Source: Nemertoderma westbladi (taxonomy: Eukaryota > Animalia > Xenacoelomorpha). Taken from it: DNA of 64,000 nucleotides. The translations under genes and the position numbers were made by a program. This document shows positions 41,363 through 54,429 of this stretch, in pieces. The notes under the pieces are model-generated. The model was not told where the DNA came from, ran no database searches, and saw only the letters and a program-made list of their open reading frames with translations. The number at the start of each line of letters is the position of its first letter. Within the stretch, counting starts at the first letter, position 1. The stretch spans positions 1-64,000 of the forward strand of contig JAUCBJ010005988.1 in NCBI GenBank assembly GCA_032718475.1, read 5' to 3'.

Positions 41363-42023
41363 TGAACCCAGCGTACTGTAGCATTCCAGTGTATGGGCCA
41401 AACAGATATTTGTGTCCTCAGCAGTGAGTAGACCAACCAAATACGCCATTCAAAGGAGCGATATTTAACAAATTTTCAGAAATTCCCTCGCTTCGCTCGA
41501 ATTTGTTGTAATTTCTTTTCGAAAGCAGTTTGGTCAGGCAGGGGACATAAACATTATCATGTAGCCAACTGCAACATAGTATCATAATGTCATTCATCAA
41601 ACTATAAGCATACGCTAATTACCTTGGATCCACTTAATGTATTGTAGATAATTATCAAATTGTAACAAAGACGGATTTGGCAAAGAAATAGTAGCCCAGA
41701 AGAAATACAAGATAAATGAACTGTGTCACATCGTTGTATATATATATAGTAGTAGATGTATACATTTAATATACAGTTAGAAAAATTAATTAGAAAGGTT
41801 AACATGATATCGACCCCCTACTCCTACCCACCACTGAACAAAGGTGATTGACTGTCCTGGATCTTAGTTAAGTACCACCCACCACTGACCAAAGGTGACT
41901 TGACTGTCCTGGATCTTAGTTAAGTAGGTTGTGTGCATTCTTCGCCCGCGTCCAACCTTCGCCCGATTTGGTGAAAGGAGCAGGTTACAGAGACGGCAGG
42001 TTACAAAGACGGCTTTTTATAAG

Positions 42024-45000
42024 CGGACCCAGCAACATAGCATCCCCAGATCTCACGGTCAGCCACACACAGTGCGGCGGACCAAGCAACTTAGCGACCC
42101 CAGATCTCACGTCAGCCACACATAGTGTCGGCGGTCCCAGCAACATAGCGACCCCAGATGTCACGTCAGCCACACACAGTGTCGGTGGTCCCAGCAACAT
42201 ACCGACCCCCAGATCTCACGGTCAGCCACACACAGTGCCTGTGCACCCAGCAACATAGCGCCCACAGATCTCACGTCAGCCACACACAGTGCCGGCAGAC
42301 CCAGCAACATAGCGCCCACAGATCTCACGTCAGCCACACACAGTGTCGGCGGTCCCAGCAACATAGCGACCCCAGATCTCACGGTCAGCCACACACAGTG
42401 CCGGCGGACCCAGCAACATAGCGCCTACAGATCTCACGTTCAGCCACACACAGTGCCGACGGACCCAGCAACATAGCGCCCACAGATCTCACGTCAGCCA
42501 CACACAGTGCCGGCGGACCCAGCTACATAGCGCCCACAGATCTCACGTCAGCCACACACAGTGTCGGCGGTCCCAGCAACATAGCGACCCCAGATCTCAC
42601 GGTCAGCCACACACAGTGCCGGCGGACCCAGCAACATAGCGCCTACAGATCTCACGTTCAGCCACACACAGTGCCGACGGACCCAGCAACATAGCGACCC
42701 CAGATCTCACGGTTAGCCACACACAGTGTCGGCGGTCCCAGCAACATAGCGACCCCAGATCTCACGGTCAGCCACACACAGTGTCGGCGGTCCCAGCAAC
42801 ATAGCGCCCCCAGATCTCAAGGTCAGCCACACACAGTGCGGCGCACCCAGCAACATAGCGACCCCAGATCTCACGGTCAGCCACACACAGTGCGGCGCAC
42901 CCAGCAACATAGCGACCCCAGATCTCACGGTCAGCCACACACAGTGTCGGCGGTCCCAGCAACATAGCGCCCCCAGATCTCACGGTCAGCCACACACAGT
43001 GCCGACGGACCCAGCAACATAGCGACCCCAGATCTCACGGTCAGCCACACACAGTGTCGGCGGTCCCAGCAACATAGCGACCCCAGATCTCACGGTCAGC
43101 CACACACAGTGTCGGCGGTCCCAGCAACATAGCGCCCCCAGATCTCAAGGTCAGCCACACACAGTGCAGCGCACCCAGCAACATAGCGACCCCAGATCTC
43201 ACGGTCAGCCACACACAGTGCGGCGCACCCAGCAACATAGCGACCCCAGATCTCACGGTCAGCCACACACAGTGTCGGCGGTCCCAGCAACATAGCGCCC
43301 CCAGATCTCACGGTCAGCCACACACAGTGCGGCGCACCCAGCAACTTAGCGACCCCAGATCTCACGGTCAGCCACACACAGTGCGGCGCACCCAGCAACA
43401 TAGCGACCCCAGATCTCACGGTCAGCCCCACACAGTGCCTGCGGACCCAGCAACATAGCGCCCCCATATCTCACGGTCAGCCACACACAGTGCGGCGCAC
43501 CCAGCAACATAGCGACCCCAGATCTCACGGTCAGCCACACACAGTGCGGCGCACCCAGCAACATAGCGACCCCAGATCTCACGGTCAGCCACACACAGTG
43601 TCGGCGGTCCCAGCAACATAGCGACCCCAGATCTCACGTCAGCCACACACAGTGCGGCGCACCCAGCAACATGGCGACCCCAGATCTCACGGTCAGCCAC
43701 ACACAGTGTCGGCGGTCCCAGCAACATAGCGACCCCAGATCTCACGTCAGCCACACACAGTGCGGCGCACCCAGCAACATAGCGACCCCAGATCTCACGG
43801 TCAGCCACACACAGTGTCGGCGGTCCCAGCAACATAGAGCCCCCAGATCTCACGGTCAGCCACACACAGTGCGGCGCACCCAGCAACATAGCAACCCCAG
43901 ATCTCACGGTCAGCCACACACAGTGTCGGCGGTCCCAGCAACATAGCGCCCCCAGATCTCACGGTCAGCCACACACAGTGCGGCGCACCCAGCAACATAG
44001 CGACCCCAGATCTCACGGTCAGCCATACACAGTGTCGGCGGTCCCAGCAACATAGCGCCCCCAGATCTCACGGTCAGCCACACACAGTGCGGCGCACCCA
44101 GCAACATAGCGACCCCAGATCTCACGGTCAGCCACACACAGTGTCGGCGGTCCCAGCAACATAGCGCCCAAGATCTCACGGTCAGCCACACACAGTGTCG
44201 GCGGCCCCAGCAACATAGCGACCCCAGATCTCACGGTCAGCCACACACAGTGCGGCGCACCCAGCAACATAGCGACCCCAGATCTCACGGTCAGCCACAC
44301 ACAGTGTCGGCGGCCCCAGCAACATAGCGACCCCAGATCTCACGGTCAGCCACACACAGTGCGGCGCACCCAGCAACATAGCGACCCCAGATCTCACGGT
44401 CAGCCACACACAGTGCGGCGCACCCAGCAACATAGCGACCCTAGATCTCACGGTCAGCCACACACAGTGTCGGCGGTCCCAGCAACATAGCGCCCCCAGA
44501 TCTCACGGTCAGCCACACACAGTGCGGCGCACCCAGCAATATAGCGACCCCAGATCTCACGGTCAGCCACACACAGTGTCGGCGGTCCCAGCAACATAGC
44601 GCCCAAGATCTCACGGTCAGCCACACACAGTGTCGGCGGTCCCAGCAACATAGCGACCCCAGATCTCACGGTCAGCCACACACAGTGCGGCGCACCCAGC
44701 AACATAGCGACCCCAGATCTCACGGTCAGCCACACACAGTGCGGCGCACCCAGCAACATAGCGACCCCAGATCTCACGGTCAGCCACACACAGTGTCGGC
44801 GGTCCCAGCAACATAGCGACCCCAGATCTCACGTTCAGCCACACACAGTGCGGCGCACCCAGCAACATAGCGACCCCAGATCTCACGGTCAGCCACACAC
44901 AGTGTCGGCGGTCCCAGCATCATAGCGACCCCAGATCTCACGGTCAGCCACACACAGTGCCGGCGGACCCAGCAACATAGCGACCCCAGATCTCACGGTC

Positions 45001-45697
45001 AGCCACACACAGTGTCGGCGGTCCCAGCAACATAGCGACCCCAGATCTCACGGTCAGCCACACACAGTGCCGGCGGACCCAGCAACATAGCGACCCCAGA
45101 TCTCACGGTCAGCCACACTCAGTGCGGCGCACCCAGCAACATCGCGACCCCAGATCTCACGGTCAGCCACACACAGTGTCGGCGGTCCCAGCAACATAGC
45201 GCCCCCAGATCTCACGGTCAGCCACACACAGTGCGGCGCACCCAGCAACATAGCGACCCCAGATCTCACTGTCAGCCACACATACAGTGTCGGCGGTCCC
45301 AGCAACATACCGACCCCAGATCTCACTGTCAGCCACACACAGTGCCCGTGGATCCAGCAACATACCGACCCCAGATCTCACGGTCAGCCACACATACAGT
45401 GTCGGCGGTCCCAGCAACATAGCGCCCCCAGATCTCACGGTCAGCCACACACAGTGTCGGCGGTCCCAGCAACATAGCGCCCCCATATCTCACGGTCAGC
45501 CACACACAGTGCGGCGCACCCAGCAACATAGCGACCCCAGATCTCACGGTCAGCCACACACAGTGCGGCGCACCCAGCAACATAGCGACCCCAGATCTCA
45601 CGTCAGCCACACACATTGTCGGCGGTCCCAGCAACATAGCGTCCCCAGATGTCACGGTCAGCCACACACAGTGCCGGCGGACCCAGCAACATAGCAA
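42024..45697. repeat. 54/55-bp GC-rich minisatellite, ~67 copies
   Basis: CAGCCACACACAGTG(TCGGCGGT|CGGCGCA)CCCAGCAACATAGCGACCCCAGATCTCACGGT; two interleaved variants. Confidence 0.97.
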
Positions 45698-46505
45698 CTC
45701 CCACTGTTTGTACCGAAACAAATGGAGTCCTCCGCATCTGCCACTGTTTGTACCGAAGCAGGTTGAGTCCTCTGGATCTGCCACTGTTTGTACCGAAGCA
45801 GGTGGAGTCCCCTGGATCTCCCACTGTTTGTACCAATGCAGGTGGAGTCCTCTGGATCTGCCACTGTTTGTACCGAAGTAGGTGGAGTCCTCTGGATCTG
45901 CCACTGTATGTACCGAAGCAGGTGGAGTCCCCTGGATCTCCCACTGTTTGTACCGAAGCAGGTGGAGACCTCTGGATCTGCCACTGTTTGTACCGAAGCA
46001 GGTGGAGTCCTCTGGATCTGCCACTGTTTGTACCGAAGCAGGTGGAGTCCTCTGGATCTCCCACTGTTTGTACCGAAGCAGGTGGAGTCCTCTGGATCTG
46101 CCACTGTTTGTACCGAAGCAGGTGGAGTCCTCTGGATCTCCCACTGTTTGTACCGAAGCAGGTGGAGTCCTCTGGATCTCCCACTGTTTGTACCGCAGTA
46201 GGTGGAGTCCTCTGGATCTGCCACTGTTTGTACCGAAGCAGGTGGAGTCCTCTGGATCTCCCACTGTTTGTACCGAAGCAGATGGAGTCCCCTGGATCTC
46301 CCACTGTTTGTACCGAAGCAGGTGGAGTCCTCTGGATCTGCCACAGTTTGTGCCGCAGTAGGTGGAGTCCTCTGGATCTGCCACTGTTTGTACCGAAGCA
46401 GGTGGAGTCCCCTGGATCCGCCCCTGTTTGTACCGAAACTGGAGACCTCTGGATCTGCCACTGTTTGTACCGAAGCAGGTGGAGTCCTCTGGATCTGCCC
46501 TGTTT
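45698..46505. repeat. 40-bp minisatellite, ~20 copies
   Basis: CCACTGTTTGTACCGAAGCAGGTGGAGTCCTCTGGATCT(G/C). Confidence 0.97.
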
Positions 46506-47249
46506 GAATTGTTGTAGGAAAAAGTCCAACCTTTATTATTGAAACATCGGTTATACATCGATTAAAATAGCAATTTGTGGCATAAAACTAAATTATATAT
46601 GGAAAACTGGTATTTCATTAATTAATTACCTAGGATTATGTATTTCAATATTTTTAATAAATAATTATACGAATGCGTTATTCTTTATATGGGCAGCTAT
46701 ATATCAACAACACATCTTAATTGGAATGCAATAATGCAACATAGTATCATTATATCTACATAGGAGGGCCAAAATGTCATTCATCACTAAACAAAAAGTT
46801 GTTTTGTTATAAGGAGATGCTAATTACCTAAGTGTACAATGTATATCATTAGCGAAATTGTAACTACATTTGTAATAAAATATTTGGCAAGGCGATAATT
46901 AATATACAACACTGTTGTGGGGAATAATGGGGAAATAGGCGTTATAGTGGGACCCCGACCAGGTGCGATAGACTGCAGATTATCGGTAAAAATAATTAAC
47001 CGTGCTAAGTACCATGAACTGGAGCTCTGACAATTCGCCCTCTAGCGGCAGACAGATAAACTATAACAGTAAAATTTCTAATTAAGCAATGCTCGTAGGT
47101 TACTCTACCAAATATCAGATCTGAAATAGAATCTGATGGTTGGTTCTATAATTACAGCTACTTTTACGTTTCTGTCAATGCGCTCCCTAGCGGCAGACAG
47201 GTCATCTCAAAAATCACAAATCACAAAAATACAGCTTGCCAACACATTG

Positions 47250-49700
47250 TTTTAGAGAGTTTTAATACAAAGATAAAGAAGGTATTAATTCCTTTTACAA
47301 ATATTATATATCTGATTACAGGGTCTCCAAAGATAGATACTATCTAATTTAACTGTTCTATTTGTAGAATAATAATTACTTTAGTGAAACTATTAATAAT
47401 AATAACAAAACTAATTTGTTATTAAAAACTCCACCATTAAGCAGCAAAGTTCAAACACCGAAAACCTTTTAAAGCTGTAAATGAAAACCCAAATTGAGGT
47501 AATGGGAATTTCATTTCGAACTACAGTACTATCCATTGTGGATGGGATATGAAAGGGTGTGAATGGATAAGTTTGGAAGCAGCTCAATACTATTCCACCA
47601 ATAGGATTACTCACATTTCCTTTAGGGCAAATTGTGGGGCGAGCCACGAAAGTAAGCGAGCTTAGCATACAGGTTCCACTAACTCAACCGGTGGTATGTT
47701 GTTATGTTGTGTCCAATTTTAAACTTTAATAACTCAGCCAAATATTAATGAAATTTAACCAAACTTGGTACGTCATGCAGTCTGGCAAAAGTTTAGAAAT
47801 TTTCCAAGTTGAATTTCCGTGTGGCCTTCGAGAAGCTAAGATAATAGCAATTAATTAGTTAATTAAGTTGATTACGGTAAAAACAGCATTTTCAACCTGT
47901 CTCTTAAAGGATATTAATTATTTTCTCGTATAAGATTTAAATAATTATACTTAACAATTATACAGCTGTATTCCCCATGCCACATTCCATTATAGTTTTT
48001 AATTAGTTCAAGAGATTTGCTTTAAGAAATGTGTTTTTAATTGATCTAAACGTAATTAACTTATTAAAATGACCTGTCACCAGCTATACTTCCATAGCTC
48101 CCTCATTCCTTGACATGCTTGCTAGCCTAGCTGGGAAGGGGAACCAGTCCAACCGCCTCATCACTACTCAAAGGCAGCATTGTAATGAGTCAGACTAATA
48201 CGCCAGCTTGGTTATTGTGTTTAGCTTACAAAGTGATTGGCCGAGTACTTAATCATGGTTCTTTAGAATAATTAGCTAAATAATTTCGTTGAGGTGTTTA
48301 CATGATAAATCAATATATCAGAATCAATACTGAGCATACTGATCCACTCACTACCTGATCTTGTTAAAGATAAACAGCAGGCTCAGGCAGCCCAGGCATG
48401 TGAATCGATCAACTTATTGACTGTATGTAAAAACCCAACCAACCACCACGTTTACGGCTGAATCTCCAGCCTCAATGGTTGCAAGGCCCACTCTGAAAAA
48501 CTCCTAAACACCGACCGGGTATTGCCTGACAAATTTATGGTACATCGTTTGTCTGACTCACAGATATCCCCATTGGTGACATCTCCTTTGCTAAAGGGAA
48601 GACTGCGACTAGGAGTATCAAGACCAATCGCGCCAGTAGATAGCATCCAGACCAATCGCGCCAGTAGTGATTGAATCCACTACAAAGTTAAGGATTTCAC
48701 AGACACCACAAGCCCACATTCTACTAACTCCATCTCAATATCATTTCCAAACAATGAAAACATGTTATCGGGGTTCCTTTCAACATTATAGGCCTACCAG
48801 TGCTCTGGACGCTATATAGTAAAGGTTAGCTATTTAAAATATAATAATTTATTTAGAATTCATCAGGGAACTTTTTCTTGCTCTTAATATTGTAAAAATT
48901 ACTCTATCAGTACTTTAAACATTAATGGCTATTGGTTGAGCCTGAGATTGTAAAAAGTACGAAAGGTCGAACGCAACTAAGCTAATGGCTATCGTCATAC
49001 TTTGAGATTATGGGCAAGTGATGTACTGGGCAAATGACTCGTCTGATTTTTATTGGGCAACAAACTCACCTATTGGAACAGTTGTTAACCTAGGTAACAG
49101 GAATGGGGGCTGGAGGAGTAAAATAGCGGAACAAACACGGTACTAAATAACTCATCACAAACTGGGTAATACAATCTGCAATAATATTAATGTTAGATTT
49201 CTTCACAATAAGGTCATTTTGGGTTAAATAATGTAGAATAAATTATAAACTTATAATTCATAAATTATTTAAAAGGCTTTAGTATTTATAACATTAATAA
49301 TTTACTTTGCTTAAATAATGTTAATTTTAGTTGACAGCAACAATTATGCAAGGGGGGTAAAGGCCAAGAATGGCTTTAATCGGATTAGATTTCTGAAAAA
49401 TGTACATCATTCACACGTGGTTAAGTGTTTTGGCAATGTAGTAAATGCTTTTAATTACCACTTCACTTGAACTAAGATGTTCTACATTTTGATTAACATG
49501 GTCTCTATAGCAATGATGGTGCCTCAGTAACTACAATACCTGCACTGATAAGTAACATAAAGGTTTTAACAAGTTTGTGTTTATCGCAAGGGTCAAATAA
49601 AATGGTCAATAAAATGACACTTGTAGTTACAATAAGTAGTCCTAGTAATATTTTATAAACCATAGGATTTACTAGTTCACATGTCACTAATAATATTGAC
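47250..49700 (-). pseudogene. Possible heavily decayed leucine-rich-repeat gene
   Basis: Scattered LRR-like peptides in shifting frames (ANLYYIASRALVGL, FSLFGNDIE, NEIPITSI....SFKRFSVFEL, NPIKAI) after a hydrophobic leader ending in DPCD. Confidence 0.3.
47631..48152 (-). mobile_element. Dispersed non-autonomous element (Helitron/HINE-like), copy B
   Basis: Inverted copy of 40706-41362, e.g. GTGTGGCCTTCGAGAAGCTAAGATAATAGCA vs TGCTATTATCTTAGCTTCTCGAAGGCCACAC. Confidence 0.65.
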
Positions 49701-50303
49701 AGCTTGGGTGCGAGTAGCTGGTAAATATAAAATATTTAACTAATCTTGGCAATAAAAAAGCTAAGTTGTAAAATATACCAACAACGAAACAGTGGAACTA
49801 ACTGGGAGTGAAAATATATGTGGGATGGTGGGGGTGTGGGGTCGGGGGGGGGGGGGGGGGGGGGGGGGGGGGTGATATAATATTGAGATCGATATTTGGA
49901 ATCGCTTGAGGGTGACTGTGAGGGGCTTTCATGCGATTTATGAATCGTGGAGTTTTAGGGAATGTCTTTAACTCGACAACTCGTGTGAGAGAGAGAGATA
50001 ACAATTACATGACAGTCATCTATCGGATTCGGATTGTCCCAATCGTTCGGTATCCATTAGTTGTAAATTGCGAAATAATGCCTGCTGGAATGTAAATATG
50101 CAACGACAAACAGTGCTATATCGAATGACAAACTGAATTACGTAGGACTAATAGTTAATTTTTCAACATTCCCTTCCCCTGAGGAATAAGCACAAACTGT
50201 ATTAGGGAGGAAGGCGTGAGTAATTCTGTTCCTATATTTGCGTGAATATCATCCAGGTTGGGAGTGGGGGGAACTTTCAACCCAAACGAATTTCATCCAT
50301 CTT

Positions 50304-50484
50304 CAGGGGAAAATCTACGCAAATAACAGCATATTATTTCCAAAAATAGCACTGTAACCTGTTCTATTCAATTTAGTTTATTGTTTTGGTTAGAAAAAAC
50401 GTACAACTCTAACCTGTTCCTTTCCCTAAATAGATAATTTAACATTGAGACGAGATACTAATTAGTCGAGATGGAATTTGCATC
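50304..50484 (+). mobile_element. Dispersed repeat with TGTAACCTG module (copy 2)
   Basis: Colinear with 10942-11125. Confidence 0.7.
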
Positions 50485-50754
50485 CCCCCCCCCCCCCCCC
50501 GTCTCGAATAATCACAAACCCAGACAGTTACGATACATGTATAACAGTATAAAATTCATTAAAAGCAGGTGCATTCCATCTCACTCACCCTGGTAGAAAC
50601 AGTTATAACAGAATCCAATGCAATTAGAGTTTATAGCGTGGAAAGAAGTCACCGACACACCAAAATAATTGGATTGTAAAATTAAGTTACAAAGCTGTTC
50701 TATTTAGAAATGTATCATTTTTGACCTGCACATTGTTATTCTATAATGAATTAT

Positions 50755-50880
50755 TTATAGTAGCAGCTTGGTCTTGACAGTCTTAGCTTACAATCAGGAA
50801 ACCATGGTTCGATCCTTAGAGGGGCCAGCACTATTTGGGCGTAAGTGCTTTAAGTGCATTCTACAGACCGCTAATCAACT
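50755..50880 (+). mobile_element. Possible tRNA-derived SINE head
   Basis: A-box-like TAGCAGCTTGG (50761) and B-box GGTTCGATCC (50806-50815) at tRNA-like spacing; no intact cloverleaf. Confidence 0.4.
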
Positions 50881-51553
50881 CCTCCCTCACTGACCACTTA
50901 CCGGACCAAACTCCTCCCCTCTACTGGATGGCCACTAACCGAACTCCTCCCCTCTACTGGATGGCCACTAACCGAACTCCTCCCCTATACTGGCTACTAA
51001 CCGAAGTCCTCCCCTCTACTGGACACTAACCGAACTCCTCCCCTATACTGGCCACTAACCGAACTCCTCCCCTATACTGGCCACTAACCGAACTCCTCCC
51101 CTATACTGGCTACTAACCGAACTCCTCCCCTCTACTGGCCACTAACCGAACTCCTCCCCTATACTGGCCACTAACCGAACTCATCCCCTCTACTGGCTAC
51201 TAACCGAACTCCTCCCCTATACTGGCCACTAACCGAACTCCTCCCCTATACTGGCCACTAACCGAACTCCTCCCCTATACTGGCCACTAACCGAACTCCT
51301 CCCCTATACTGGCCACTAACCGAACTCATCCCCTCTACTGGCTACTAACCGAACTCCTCCCCTATACTGGCCACTAACCGAACTCCTCCCCTATACTGGC
51401 CACTAACCGAACTCCTTCCCTATACTGGCCACTAACCGAACTCCTCCCCTCTACTGGCTACTAACCAAACTCCTCCCTACTACTGGCCACTAACCGAACT
51501 CCTCCCCTATACTGGCCACTAACCGAACTCCTCCCCTCTACTGGCCACTAACC
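50880..51553. repeat. 29-bp minisatellite, ~22 copies
   Basis: CCACTAACCGAACTCCTCCCCTATACTGG. Confidence 0.95.
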
Positions 51554-53062
51554 AGGTGGCCTTAGGTCCAGGTGGCGTTAGGTCCAAGGAGCGTTAGGTC
51601 CATGTGGCGTTCGGTCGTGGTGGCGTTAGGTCCCAGGTGGCGTTAGGTCCCGGTGGTGTTAGGTACAGGTGGCGTTAGGTCCAAGGAGCGTTAGGTCCAT
51701 GTGGCGTTCGGTCGTGGTGGCGTTAGGTCCAGGTGGCGTTAGGTCTAGGTGGCGTTAGGTCCCAGGAGCGTCAGTTCCAGGTGGCGTTAGGTCCAGGTGG
51801 TGTTAGGTACAGGTGGCGTTAGGTCCAGGTGGCGTTAGGTCCCAGGAGCGTCAGTTCCAGGTGGCGTTAGGTCCAGGTGGCGTTAGTTCCAGGGAGCGTT
51901 TGGTCCAGCTGGTGTTCGGTCCAGGTGGCGTTAGGTCCCAGGAGCGTCAGTTCCAGGTGGCGTTAGGTCCCGGGAGCGTTTGGTCCAGGTGGTGTTCGGT
52001 CCAGGTGGCGTTAGGTCCCAGGAGCGTCAGTTCCAGGTGGCGTTAGGTACAGGTGGCGTTAGGTCCAGGTGGCGTTAGGTCCCAGGAGCGTCAGTTCCAG
52101 GTGGCGTTAGGTCCAGGTGGCGTTAGGTCCAGGTGGCGTTAGGTCCAGGTGGCGTTAGGTCCCAGGAGCGCCAGTTCCAGGTGGCGTTAGGTCCCGGGAG
52201 CGTTTGGTCCAGGTGGTGTTCGGTCCAGGTGGCGTTAGGTCCCAGGAGCGTCAGTTCCAGGTGGCGTTAGGTCCCGGTGGCGTTAGGTCCAGATGGTGTT
52301 CGGTCCAGGTGGCGTTAGGTCCCAGGAGCGTCAGTTCCAGGTGGCGTTAGGTCCAGGTGGCGTTAGGTCCAGGTGGCGTTAGGTCCCAGGAGCGCCAGTT
52401 CCAGGTGGCGTTAGGTCCCGGGAGCGTTTGATCCAGGTGGTGTTCGGTCCAGGTGGCGTTAGGTCCCAGGAGCGTCAGTTCCAGGTGGCGTTAGTTCCCG
52501 GGAGCGTTTGGTCCAGGTGGAGTTCGGTCCAGGTGGCATTAGGTCCCAGGAGCGTCAGTTCCAGGTGGCGTTAGGTCCCGTTGAGCGTTTGGTTCAGGTG
52601 GCGTTCGGTCCAGGTGGCGTTAGATCCCAGGAGCGTCAGTACCAGGTGGCGTTAGGTCCCGGGAGCGTTTGGTCCAGGTGGCGTTAGGTCCCAGGAGCGT
52701 CAGTTCCAGGTGGCGTTAGGTCCCGGGAGCGTTTGGTCCAGGTGGTGTTCGGTCCAGGTGGCGTTAGGACCCAGGAGCGTCAGTTCCAGGTGGCGTTAGG
52801 TCCCGTTGAGCGTTTGGTTCAGGTGGCGTTCGGTCCAGGTGGCGTTAGATCCCAGGAGCGTCAGTACCAGGTGGCGTTAGGTCCCGGGAGCGTTTGGTCC
52901 AGGTGGCGTTAGGTCCCAGGAGCGTCAGTTCCAGGTGGCGTTAGGTCCCGGGAGCGTTTGGTCCAGGTGGTGTTCGGTCCAGGTGGCGTTAGGACCCAGG
53001 AGCGTCAGTTCCAGGTGGCGTTAGGTCCCGGTGGCGTTAGGTCCAGATGGCGCTTTAGGTCC
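51554..53062. repeat. 16/17-bp minisatellite with higher-order variants
   Basis: CCAGGTGGCGTTAGGT alternating with CCCAGGAGCGTCAGTT and CCCGGGAGCGTTTGGT. Confidence 0.95.
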
Positions 53063-53409
53063 CTTATTGTGATTTATTTGATTTTAGGATTTTATAGTAA
53101 TATATAATACTGTAGATAAATTTAATTTCACAGCCTTGAGTACAGTATTAATTACTGTAGTAACATATACGTAACTATTCGCTATTTTGAAACTTTTCAT
53201 AACTAAAAAGCCTATTTACCCGAACCAATACCCCTATTGGCTAATTAGTCCCAACCGACACCCCATTAGGCTATGGGGGGGGGGGGGGGGGGTGTTAGCC
53301 AATGAGGTGAGAAATACTTCCATAGGATAGGTTGAAAAGACACGTAATTGAAAATGGAAATATGCATCCGCATATACGGCAGTGAAAAAATATACGTTAA
53401 TTCAATGGT

Positions 53410-53415
53410 TTTATT
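53410..53415 (-). promoter_or_regulatory. Candidate polyadenylation signal of NOC2L
   Basis: AATAAA on the minus strand about 90 nt after the stop codon. Confidence 0.45.
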
Positions 53416-53505
53416 TTCAACAATATTTTGTTAATTATTAGCATCGGTTTTTTAAAACCAACTTCAAACCGAGTCACAACCGCTACCCACCAAGGTCAAA
53501 ATTAA

Positions 53506-54327
53506 TTAATCGCCATCTGAACTTAAGCAGAAATCTGAAAGTTCCGCATCCGGCTCCATACCAGTGTCATTAACAGCGTCCTCCTTACTACCTAATCTAC
53601 TTGTCTCCTTGAGTTTTTTCTTGAGTTTATTATCCCGGGATCTAACCTTCTTCTTTCTCTCAATAACATAGTCAGCATCATCGGAACCAACCTCTGGGAA
53701 CTCCTCCATCAACTCTTCCCCAGCCAGTTTCCTTCTGTCTGTCTGAGTATTCTCGCGGTACTTGGAGTCCCGGAACCGACTATAGAAGGACGCCAATGGA
53801 GTCCCTTCCGCCTTAGTCTCCGTCTCCCATCGCTCTATGGCTACGGTATCATCGATACCGAAGGCGACTTTACTACGCCGTTCCGATATAAATAATCCGT
53901 TCTCGTTTAGTTTATCAACAAGTTGTTTCAACGGTTTGCAGAAGTTCGCGACTTTACATTTCTTAAGGAACTTCTTAATTCTTATTATCGGAAGTATAAT
54001 TAGTTCAGGGAAGGATATCCGATGGCTCTCTGTGTAGAAATAGTCCAGAAGAAGCTCGTAAATCTGATCCATAACTCCTTCATAGAACCCCCGTTCCACC
54101 AGCTGTCCGGAACTAAACTTCACGATTACCTCGAAGTTGATCGGCTGGGCACTGGCCTTCTGGGCGCGGGTATTAAAGTCCGTCTGCTCGAGGCAATGAA
54201 GGACGAACTGGGCGGAAGGTATGAAAGTGCCGGTGTCCCGACCGAGTCGGTTGAGAAGACGGACGCAGTGGAAGCGTAAGGGGTAGAACCGAGGGCCCGA
54301 GGATAACTCAATGGTACCCGTTGTTAC
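53506..54327 (-). CDS. NOC2L: Nucleolar complex protein 2 homolog, exon 2 (273 aa + stop)
   Basis: Acceptor TTATTTGCAG|GTA. VTTGTIELSSGPRFYPLRFHC, TGTFIP, SFPELI.P, FLKKCKVANF, GTPL match the Noc2 domain and continue exon 1 in phase 0. Confidence 0.93.
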   Translation of the reverse strand, partial: VTTGTIELSSGPRFYPLRFHCVRLLNRLGRDTGTFIPSAQFVLHCLEQTDFNTRAQKASAQPINFEVIVKFSSGQLVERGFYEGVMDQIYELLLDYFYTESHRISFPELIILPIIRIKKFLKKCKVANFCKPLKQLVDKLNENGLFISERRSKVAFGIDDTVAIERWETETKAEGTPLASFYSRFRDSKYRENTQTDRRKLAGEELMEEFPEVGSDDADYVIERKKKVRSRDNKLKKKLKETSRLGSKEDAVNDTGMEPDAELSDFCLSSDGD

Positions 54328-54429
54328 CTGCAAATAATCAAACAATTTAAAATAAAAACAAGTTTAGATTGTAACTATTTACCGAGTATACCTAGTTCAT
54401 TATTTTATTTAGTATAGTATTAGTAACCA

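Noticed and set aside
50755-50830. tRNA gene
   Set aside because: A B-box is present but the acceptor and D stems do not pair; kept only as a possible SINE head.
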